Shown here one piece after another: positions 37,201 to 49,000 of a DNA stretch of 64,000 nt. A model generated the notes under the pieces. It saw nothing but the letters and a program-made list of their open reading frames with translations. It did no database searches and had not been told where the DNA came from. This DNA comes from Podarcis muralis (taxonomy: Eukaryota), in assembly GCF_964188315.1 (NCBI RefSeq), contig NC_135661.1, forward strand, positions 45,260,001 to 45,324,000. Reading direction: 5' to 3'. How positions within the stretch are numbered: position 1 is the first letter of the stretch; the number at the start of each line of letters is the position of its first letter. The position numbers and the translations under genes are program-made.

Positions 37201-39701
37201 GTGTCTCATCTTACAAAGCAGAAAGATGGTGAAGTGAACTATGGTGTTGGCAGGGCTTTTTTTCAGAGGGAACGCACAGGAACTCAGTTCCAGCACCTCT
37301 CAGGTGGGCACCATTGCTACTCTAAGAGAACAAGGGATGTGTTCATGGTAGAGTTGCCATATTTTGAAGAGGAAAAAAGAGGACATATTTGCCGACTTCT
37401 AGGTCACTATTGTCTACACTTACTGGCAGCAGCTCTCTAGGGTTTCTAGAAAAATAGCACTGGGAAGGAGAAAGTGTTGAAGCATGGAAGAGACCAGCCC
37501 AATTTAGCCACTGTTTCCAACCAGAATGTAAAAAACAAGCAAAACCAACCACCAGTTAACACCTATGATATTTAAAGACAGCAAGTGTGGCTGCAGCAAA
37601 ATCAGATTATTCCGGCTGCCAGTTTCTAGTAGAAACTCAAGATGGACATACTTGCACTACTAAGGATGCATGGTGATGTTTTTGCTTCGCTGTGAATTAA
37701 GTATGCTTGTCATTTCCCAAGTATCTCTTAAAAAAAAATTGAGAATATAATTTTCAGACATCATAATCCACCCAAAGTTAAGAATATCTAGGTTTCATTG
37801 ATTTCTAAAATAAATGACTTACATCACTTAACTTTAGCTGGATAGTGCCCAAACCTCATTATTTTGAAAGCAAGAAAGGAGCAAAATAAATAAGTTTAAT
37901 TTTTGAAACCTTGAGAACATTGAATCACAGAAACCTTTAGCAGCCTAAACTACAATTTTTTTTAATAAATCAAGATATCAATTAAAAACATCAACACTTA
38001 ACTTCTTGTGTCATTTGTATTTGATTTCTTCAATAAAACAGTCTGACTTTCTTTCATGCTGAAAATTCCAATTATACTTCATCTTTACTATCAAGGCCAA
38101 AAGAAATATCCACTGATGCAAATACCTGGTACAAAGAGAAACAGAACAACTTTCTTCACAGGCAGTAGGACAACAACATGAATACTCACCACTGGAGGTG
38201 GACAGAGTCATTACTGGAATTTCATCCCAAGGGTTTTCTAAGGAACCATCTGGGCTTTCAGATTCAGCTGCCAAAAAAAAGAGTGCAATCAATTGTTTCC
38301 CTGCAAATAGGCCTCTTAAAGGTGCAGGCGACCCTGAGGTCAGGTTAAAGTAATGGGAAAGAGCTCTGGACATTCAAACATTCTAGAAATTCTCTCTTCC
38401 AAGAAGGCAGCCGGTGTAACCAAAGTAGGACAGAACTACCCTCTCCCCTCCCAAGCTGTGTTAAGGTGGAGCATGGTCTGCCCTCAAAGTAAGTTCAAGA
38501 TCATTCAAAATATCATCTACAGAGCAGGTTTTCAGAAATTAGTTTAGTGGAAAAATAAGAGCAGAGGTTCTGAAGTTACATCTACTAATGCTTATGGAAT
38601 AGCTTTGAACCACATGCACAGCATTGTAGCTTGGGGGGTGGCATTTGATATCTTATCTCCACATCCTTTCAAGACTCCCTGGCCGCATATGAGACTACTT
38701 TCAGCCATCCACGGTCACAAATGTTTTTCCCCTGTCAAATAACACCTATTAAAAAATTTCATGCTATACTGGAGAACTGCACATCTGTAGTTATCTATGT
38801 GCTCCTTAGTCCAGTGAAGGCGGTGAAGGTCCTGTGTGAGTGCCTGGAGGCTGTTGGAGGATGGATGGCGGCTAACAGATTGAGGCTGAATCCTGACAAG
38901 ACAGAAGTACTATTTTTGGGGGACAGGGGGCGGGCAGGTGTGGGGGATTCCCTGGTCCTGAATGGGGTAACTGTGCCCCTGAAGGACCAGGTGCGCAGCC
39001 TGGGAGTCATTTTGGACTCACAGCTGTCCATGGAGGCACAGGTTAATTCTGTGTCCAGGGCAGCTGTTTACCAGCTCCACCTGGTACGCAGGCTAAGACC
39101 CTACCTGCCCGCAGACTGTCTTGCCAGAGTGGTGCATGCTCTAGTTATGTCCCGCTTGGACTACTGCAACGCGCTCTACGTGGGGCTACCTTTGAAGGTG
39201 ACCCGGAAACTGCAATTAATCCAGAATGCGGCCGCTAGACTGGTGACTGGGAGTGGCCGCTGGGACCACATAACACCAGTTCTGAGAGATCTGCATTGGC
39301 TCCCAGTACGTTTCCGAGCACAATTCAAAGTGTTGGTGCTGACCTTTAAAGCCCTAAACGGCCTCGGTCCAGTATACCTGAAGGAGCGTCTCCACCCCCA
39401 TCATTCAGCCCGGACACTGAGATCCAGCGCCGAGGGCCTTCTGGCGGTTCCCTCATTGCGAGAAGTAAGGTTACAGGGAACCAGGCAGAGGGCCTTCTCG
39501 GTAGTGGCTCCTGCCCTGTGGAACGCCCTCCCAGCAGATGTCAAAGCAATAAACAACTATTTTACTTTTAAAAGTCATCTGAAGGCAGCCCTCTTTAGGG
39601 AAGTTTTTAATGTTTGATGCTGTACTGTTTTTAATATTCAGTTGGAAGCCGCCCAGAGTGGCTGGGGAAACCCAGCCAGATGGGCGGGGTATAAATAATA
39701 A

Positions 39702-39747
<46 letters not shown>

Positions 39748-40004
39748 GGTTTCATCCCAAAATCTCATAGCAAAGCAAGCCACCAGAAGTATCTGAGCCT
39801 ACAGTAAATGGGTATGAAGCATGAATATTGTCAGGTTTTGAAGAGATTACAGAGCACATGGCTCTCAACCACCACTATCCAGACGTCATTAGATAGATTA
39901 AGAAGCATAAGCAAGTGAACTTGACATTTGTCACCTTTCCTTGTAACTGAGTCAAGGGGCACTTGCTGCAGCATTTCAAGGTCTCAGCAGATTTATTAGT
40001 TTGG

Positions 40005-40037
<33 letters not shown>

Positions 40038-43000
40038 TACCACCCTTCATCCAAGGATCACAGGATGGTTTACAGTATAAAAACACAAAAAATACCATAG
40101 TAACAAACAATAACTCCCTACACCCATTGCTCTGCCAACTACTGGCATGTGGCACCCAGAAGACTGCCCACTTGGGAATGCAATACTGAGGCAGAAAGAG
40201 GTTTCCACTCTTGGCTTACAAAGTTGGGCACCTAATGAAATTCAACTTCCTATGACTATTATTGAGATGCTGCTCAGTAGGAGCTTTGGATACAGACAAG
40301 CAACCATTATCTGTAAAACTACTGATTTCATAATACAGTGGTACCTCTGGTTACCTCAGGTTACAGACTCCGTTAACCCAGAAATAGTGCTTCAGGTTAA
40401 GAACTTTGCTTCAGGATGAGAACAGAAATCGTGCTCCGGTGGCGCAGCAGCAGAAGGCCCCATTAGCTAAAGTGGTGCTTCAGGTTAAGAATAGTTCCAG
40501 GTTAAGTATGGACCTCCGGAACGAATTAAGTACTTAACCTGAGGTACCACTGTAGTCTTCTAGACTTTGAGAGCTCAGTTGTGGACCAAGGTGTCTTTTA
40601 GATAATGTGATATCCCCTTAAGTAGAAAGCTGCACTTGTGTCAACAGAAAAGCCATACATCGCTTTTGTGGCCTTGCAGGCAGAGAGACAACTACTGCTA
40701 CTCACCACTGAAAAAAGATACAGTACTTTGCTCATCATCTTGAGTACTCTCAAGAATAGCTTGAGAGGGCTCTGTAAGATAAAGGACAATCTGATTTTTA
40801 GCACGGACTCCCCGAAAGAGACATGTATTAGAACCAGCCATTAAAAAACTAACACCATCAGTAAAAAATTGGAATGAAAATCACCATAAATATCACAACA
40901 ACCAAACCAAGAGGCAGAAGCAGCAAGCAAAAGCACTTTTCCATCCCCATTACACTTTACCCCTCCCCAAAGGGCTGGACGAAGAGGTGTCTTCACCTAC
41001 CAAGGAAACAAGACTGTGAAAGACTAGGCAGCATTTCTCTTATCTCCGATCTTAACACTTTGACTAGTCTTTAAAATGAAGCAAGGAAGAAAAAGGCACC
41101 AGACACCAAAAGCTCTTACTTTCTCTTTAAAAGACAGCAGGCAGAGGTTTATATGTGATCTTAGTACTGTGAAACTTGGAACTTTGAATCACCTGACATC
41201 ATAAGATGCCAGGGGATTGGTAGCCTGTCCCCCTGGCCTGTGGAGGGTGGGCCAGATTCAGTTCCTCTTATCTGACAAATGCACCACCTCAGCTCACAGC
41301 AGCCCTCACCCTTAATTCATAACAATCATTTTAATGGTAGCAAGATTATAAGAACTATGAGATTCTGTGCAAAAAAATAGCAGTGGTGGACAATAAAAAC
41401 AGCCAGACCTTGCACTCTCCCTTCTACAGTAGCTTGGGTATTAAAATGTAGCTCCTGGTTGTGGTCACAGAATTCTCTGTTCACAAAACCTCAACCTTGG
41501 TGTCTCAAACATACTTAGGCTTTGTTAGTCCTTATAGATTGCCATTAAAATGCTGCATTTAGTTATGAAGTTCTAGGGACACTTGATATTCTGAAATAAA
41601 CAGAACTGCTTCGTAATAAAGTAATGTGGCAAATTCATAGGCTAGAGCAAGAATGGGGAGCGCTCTGAATACTCAATTACAGTTCTCACAACCCCTAGCT
41701 ATTGACCATGTTGCCTGGGGCTGATGGGCCCAACAGCATAAGGAAGGCTCCATCCTTAAGTAAGGTAATCTTTCACCCAGCACTCTGGCACTCACTTGGT
41801 AGGTAGGACTTGTGAAGTAATGCTTCATTTTCTGCACTGATCGTTAACAGCTTGGCTGGGATGGCAAAGACATTCTTGTGAACCTGAAATCAGAATTGTT
41901 ACTCCACTTCTGCTTCCCTGCATAGCACAACAGATCCACGCAGACCCAGCCAATGCTTAACAGGCCAATAAATCTTACCAATTACATAATTGTGCAATAA
42001 AATAGAAAATAAGGGACCCTGGTGAGCAAATCTCAGCCATTTACAGCCAGTATGGAAATTCTACCAGATCCACTGATCTGAGAAATAAAAAAACCTGACA
42101 TCTGCTTTACTTTCAGGGATGAAGGTTTTATCAGTTTTGATCTGTATTTTTTATTCTTTATTCTTCCATCATCTATCTACCCATTCAACCATCACACCCA
42201 CACACCCCATCCCTGTGATTTTCAGTTGAGATGTCACAGGCAGAACAGAGAACAGACCTTATCTTGCTTGCGTTCCACCTGCCATTTGGTGTCAGGATAT
42301 ACAGCCAACTGCTCAGAATCCAATAGCTTGCTGGGGTTCAATAAACTGAGACAATCCTTGGCATTTTCTTTTAAAGTACTGAGTCGATCCTGCTTTATCT
42401 CCTGCAGTACTTCAGAAACAGATGATGGCTCTTTACAGGAAAAGGAAATGTGCACAGTAAAATAGGGTGTTAGCTTTGGAACAAGAGTCCCATAACATTT
42501 CGCATTAGAGCTAAATGAAAATGAAACAGATGCCTACAACACTAGGCCAATTTTAAAAGTTAGTCAGAAATATGCTTGCATCAGTCTTTTTGTAATTTGA
42601 TCCAAGGTAAACATATTCTGGCAATAACAAGGTGAAAATTTCTGCTGTCAGCAAAACACATAAATCAGGATGTAATCTTGCTATCTAAAAGCAGATTACA
42701 AAATGTTTGTCCTCTGCTGTAAGTGGCCCAGATGCACCGTTGTCCACTGACAAGGGATTTTGTTTAGTGGAATCCACCTCTTTTGTTGAATGTATACTAA
42801 TCTGGCTAAAACAGTTTTACCCATTCTTAGAACTGTAATGTTTTTATTTATTTTACAATTGTGTATTATATTGTTGTAACCTGCCCTGGGATCTGGTAAA
42901 GGGCAAGAAAGAAATCTTAGGAATAAATAAATCAAAGTGACACAGAGCTATGCAATGCAAACACCCATCAATTCTCTGTTAAGGCAATAAGGGACAGAAA

Positions 43001-46000
43001 AACCACTTACAGTAAGCCTGAAACTTACACTCACTTTACTTATGCAATCACAACCTTATGCAGGTGACCAAAAAATAAACAAATAAACAAATAAATCAGA
43101 AAACCACAGGAAAAATAGGGTTAAATCAAAATGTGGTAGAGAAACAACAGATGGCAATCCCATCTGCCATTGCTGTCACCTGGGAGAGTGTTTGGGCACC
43201 TTCAGAGAATCAGAGTGAGAAAGGGTCTAGCAATTGCATGGAGAGCAAGGGGAAAGTGACCTGAAAGTGAGCAAAAGTCATCTGGAATGTGTGGGGAAGG
43301 TTGACTGAGCAAGTGGGGGTGGTCTGAGAATGATGGGAGTTGATCTGAAAAGTGGTCCGGAAGCAAGGGGAAGAGGTTTTTAAAACTTTTTTTTTTATGG
43401 CTTCTTACAGGTCTTCCTGGCTTTATGTGTTTTGTCATTTATGTGCAGTTCCACATAGGTTGCGGGCTTGCAGTACTGCATGATGCAAGTATGAAATGGA
43501 GACTTAATTAATCTTATACCAACCAGCCCCTTCTATTAGGTTACACTAGGATTTCCCTTTAGAAACGTCCAATGCTCACTATACAATACCTGAGCTGGAC
43601 CAGGGCTGGAGAGCAAGGCTTTTCCTGAAAGACACAAACAAAATAGAACCTAGAGTTAAGAATGGCAATGGGTTTGCAAAACCTTCAAACAACCTCCTTT
43701 TTATGTCTGAATCAAATTTTGCTGTTAATTGATTTTATCTGACCCAGTTTGATCCACTCTAAGGATGACATTTTAGCACATCCCTATCCCAAAATACTTG
43801 TTATGACATCTTAGAAATGGCTAGTACAGTAAATCCTTCCTTCTTTCTGAACAGCTCATTCTTTCTCTACTTCTGGATTGATTACAAGAAAGTAAATATC
43901 TCAGTTAAGGGACTATTAGCTTCCTAATAATTTTCCTTACAAACATGTTCTACTGCAAAATTTGGCATTTGAAACAAGAGAAATAAAAACTAATGTGTGG
44001 ACTATGGACGATTCCTATATAGTAGAGTCTATATCATCATCTAGTGAAAAGTTATTGTCTGTACATACAGAACTATCGATCAATTCTAGTAATATATCTT
44101 GCTGTTCATTGCACTATCCTTTCTCCAAGGAGTTCAGAGTGGTGTCCATGAAGGTTATTCCATGTTATCTTCACAATAGCCCTTTCTGTACTGAGAACCT
44201 GAAGTTTTGAGCTCTGACTGTTCTAAAACAAAAACCTTACTAATATGTGCAAAACAGAACCTGAAACGTGTTTTGGTAAGCCACATAGAATATTTCCACT
44301 GCTATCTTAAGCTAACTCACATATTAAGCATGAAGAAACAACTGTTGGACCATGTACTTACTGCCACAGTTCCTTTATCTTCTCCAGTACTGAGGGCTCC
44401 CGGTTGCTATAAAAAGATGACATCTTAGCATTCCCAGCTTTTCACCATAGTCCAAAGTTACCACTTAAGCTTCTCAGAGCAGAAGAACAAATGGATTAAA
44501 GAATGGATTTCGAAACCTGACCGATCATATGAAAAATTACAGAATACTCTTAGTTTCTGAATATGGTAGATCCCAAGCCCATCAAAAGTTACCAAAGCCA
44601 CTTGGAGAATTATTATTATTTTCATTTTTAAAAACAACCAATTTGCAGCTTCAATTTCCAGTAACAAAAACATCACTAAGTAGCAATTCTCTCAAAAATG
44701 AATGGCTGCCTCCAGGGTACACTGCCTGTCATCTTTCCAAATCCCCTTCTTTGACAATTTGAGAAAGCTGCAGCACTGAACTAAAAGAGGTAAGGGCCTA
44801 ACTACACAGGACGCTAATGAAAACATTTTCCCCAAATATAAATTGGTATGCAGCAGAGGCTATTTTCATTTAAATTGTGGCTGGGAGTAGAAGATTTGAA
44901 CCTTCCCACACCATACACCTCACCATACCTGGAGTTTCTGAGATAAAACCATACATGCACCTCTGGGTTGGCACTTAAATTTTTAAAAGCCACAATACGA
45001 TTGCTAACCACCTCATTCACATCACAGGTAGTAAGGCTCTAACAAAATAAGACTGTTGGGGAAGGACACATACCAATTCATTCTGCTCACAAAACCTCAA
45101 CCTTGGTCTCTCAAACATACTTAAGCTTTGTCAGTCCTTATAGATTGCCAGTAAAATGATGGCATTTAGTTATGAAGTTCTAGGGACACTTGATATTCTG
45201 AAATAAACAGAACTGCTTCGTAATAAAGTAATTTGGCAAATTCATAGGCTAGAGCAAGAATGGGGAGCACTCTGAATACTCAATTACAGTTCTCACAACC
45301 CCTAGTCAGTTTAATTTACCAAGCTTAAGTAAAATGTGATGCAAACTCAAGCAGACTCATATAAAGACTCATCTAAGCGTTTTCTAGCCAACCTTCTTCC
45401 ATGTAAATTCACACATCAAGCTCATAACAAAGCCCAGAGAAAGTCTCACCAGTCTTGCTGCCTCCGTTCCCTCCGCTTCATGGGCATCACTCGGAAACAA
45501 TCAAGTACAAGGTAAAATCGACAATCCTCCTGAAAGTGAAGGAAAGGCAGAATTAGGTATGTTGTGCCTGGATGAGTATTCAGTCCAATATAAGAACAAC
45601 ATAATGTTCCCAAATTTGATTGAATTATTACTTGAATGCAGAGGTGTCAAGTTGCCCCCAAGACTGAGGGGGCCCAGTGTGCATCATGTGTGACGTTGCA
45701 CCATCTAGAGGAGGTTGAGCGCTTTGGCCACTGAAGCTGCGACACATGATGCACAATGCATGTGACATGCATGCATGACGCACGCTGGGGCCCCTCAACA
45801 TCAAGGGGAACCAGCTCCTTTCCAACAAATACTGAGGGGGCCAAAGACACATTAAACCCCCTAGAGTTAGAACACCTGTTTGAATGATATGCAGGGAGCG
45901 GTGGGAGGTGGAGAGAACAGATAGCAGGGCCCTTAACAAAATCCAAAAGCCCCCTTCTTGGCTTTCCCTAAATTTAATCATATTATGCTCCCACAGCATA

Positions 46001-49000
46001 ATACAGAATGAGAGATGATAGGAAAAGAAGACAGCCTTCAGTCCATTAATATTAATTAGCGTAAGATTTGTAGGGAGGGGGGGAATTACAAAATGCAAAT
46101 GTCTCCTTGCTCTCTCCAGCCAATATAGGCTTGCTTCGGGACAATGTAACTGTCCATGTGAGCTGCTCAAGACCAACCTGTGTCCCATATAAGCTGTGCC
46201 AACAAAATACCACTTGGGACAATAAAGGATCCTTCACATGTTAGCTTTGCCCCTCAGGTTCATGGGATAAATGTGGCCTATTCACAAGAAACTTAGGCGA
46301 GAAAAATCTACCCACAAAATGGTAACAATAAGTAAATAAATACAGTGGTGCCCCGCAAGACGAACGCCTCGCAAGACGGAAAACCCGCTAGACGAAAGGG
46401 TTTTCCGTTTTGGAGGCGCTTCGCAAAACGAATTTCCCTATGGGCTTGCTTTGCAAGACGACAGCCCATAGGGAAATCTCCGGGACAGCGGGGAAGCGCA
46501 GCGCGTCTTCCCCACTGTCCTCGGACCTCCTCCGAAGCCTGGCGGTGGGGCGGGAACACCTCCTCCCGCTGCCGCCGGGCTTCGGAAGGCTCCTCTGAAG
46601 CCGGGCGGTGGGGCGGGAACGCCTCCCCCCGCCGCCCGGCTTCGGAACGATGCTCCGAAGCCGGGCGGTGGGGAGGGAACACCTTCTGAAGGCCGGCGGG
46701 GGGCAAAAGTCTTTGTTCCCCCCTGCCTGCCTTCCCAGGGGCTTTTAAATCGCCCCGGACAGTGGAGAAGTCCTCAGCTGTCCCGGGGCGATTTTAAAAT
46801 GCCGCCCGCCAGCATTTTCAGATTGCCCCGGACAGCGGAGAAGTCCTCCGCTGTCCCGGGGTTTTTTAAAATGCTGGGGGTGGGAAGAAAAGCCCTTGTT
46901 CCCCCCCCCCCAGCCTTCAGAAGAGGTCGGGGGACAGACTGTCCCTGGACCTGGTCTGAAGGCGGTTTCCATAGGAACGCATTAATTGATTTTCAATGCA
47001 TTCCTATGGGAAACCGTGCATCGCAAGACGAAAAACTCGCAAGACGAAGAGACTTGCGGAACGAATTAATTTCGTCTTGCGAGGCACCACTGTAATGAGT
47101 TCCCTGTTATTAAGATAAAGACTTGCCTTTCCTTTAACAAGTATCATTTAAGTTTTCAATAACCTCATGAGGTGGGTTAGGCTGAAATATAGTGACATGT
47201 TCAACACCATCTTCAGGTTCAACATTTAAAACTTTGAAAATAAATTGCAGTCACGGGGGGGGGGGGGGGACACAAAAAACACCATTTTCAGGGCCAGAGG
47301 GAGATTGGAAACTTATGCTTCACCACAACCACCCCCATTTTCAGGACGTAACTACTCACAAACTCACCTTAAGAGAGTGTGCTTTCCCAAGACTATAATG
47401 CTGTATCAATTTTTAAAAAGGAGGTGGGAGAAGTCACCTCACAATGATACTTCTTCTGCCTTAAAGATGGCAGACACTCAGACTGCTGACAAACTCAAAT
47501 CAGACAAAGGTTTGTGCCAGACAGCCTTCTGCATCAGGAGAAAAGTCAACCAACTCAAGAGTCACACCCTGACTATTATCCTAGCAGAACTTCTGAGGAG
47601 CAGATGAACCCTAATACCACAGATAAAATACAAGCCAACCTGTGGAGGCTGGCTGAGGCCTTCACATGTTTTCCCGCCAATTTATGTGAGGCAATGCAGC
47701 TGCACCTGATTCTAAGTACCGTATTTACTGGAATGTAATGTGCACATTTTTTTGCAAAATTAAGGTGCACATTTGATTTGATGGCACATTTTCAATCGCC
47801 AGCAAATACTTTTTTGGTTTCAAGGTTTTGAAAATTGAGGTGCACATTAGATTTTGGTGGTGTATTAGATTCTTGTAAATATGACTACTTCTTTCTAAAG
47901 CACCTGCTTTCTAGGCTCATAATAGAACCTGAGGTGATGTCAACGACATTTTTGTTCATCATAGGTCGGGTCAGAGGAAACAAAGGCAATTTTGGTAAAG
48001 AAATTGAGGCTGCAATCCAATTACTGTACATAGATTTAAACTGATTAATGGTAGGTGTTTCATTTTATTTATTTATTATTTTATTACACAACATACAAAT
48101 GCACTATACACAAAATACATAATAAAAATAACAACCAAACCCTGCCCACCCACAAACCAATATCCCTCATCCCCCCCCACCAGCTCCCACAAACACATTT
48201 AAAAGACAGTATAAGATGTTAATCAGCCCAAGGTCTGGCTGAAGAGGAGCGTTTTCACCTGGTGCCTAAAGGGGTGTAATGAAGGTGCCGGCTGAAACCT
48301 CCCTAGGGAGAGCATCCCACAAATGGGGAGCCACTGCAAAAAAGGCCCCATTCTTGTGTTGCCACCCTCCAGACCTCTGGTTGGGGAGGCACACAAAGAA
48401 AGATGAGGGTCACAGAATCCAGGTTGGTTTATATGGGGAGAGGCAGTCCTTGAGGTACTGTGGTCCTGAGCTGTTTAAGGCTTTATAGGTCAAAACCACC
48501 ACTTTGAATTGGGAAGGAAACTAATTGGCAGCCAGTTCAGTTGGGCCAGAATCAGTCTTCCTCTGGTGAGCAAGCTGGCCAACAAATTCTGCAAATTTTA
48601 CTGATCACCAGTAAAGAAAATAAAGTGAATTAATTCCAACAAAGATGGCAAAAGATGCTAGAAATGAACATCACTGAAGAAATATGGGGAAATACCATAT
48701 TTTTCCATGTATAAGACACCCCCATGTATAAGATGACCCCTATTTTTTAAACCCAAAATTAAGAAATTAAGTTGTTTAGCTTTTTGGTGAGGTGGGGGAA
48801 GTCACTTCCACCAATCGCCCACCCACCTGCCCGCCACTGTCAATCGCACAAGACAGCCACTGCCGATCGCACCTCACCGCAGTCGCCAATTGTCTGCCGC
48901 TTGCCACCACCAACAGCCCACCCGCCCACTTGCTGCAGCCGCCAATCGCCTGCCTCACCACAGCCACCAATCGCCTGCCCAATTGCCACAGCCACAGCCA

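Noticed and set aside
41476-41698. H/ACA snoRNA hypothesis for the duplicated intronic block (- strand has AGAATA and a terminal ACA)
   Set aside because: The ACA is GCA in copy 2, and the 5' part derives from a hAT MITE; a covariance-model search (Infernal/Rfam) would be needed to revive it
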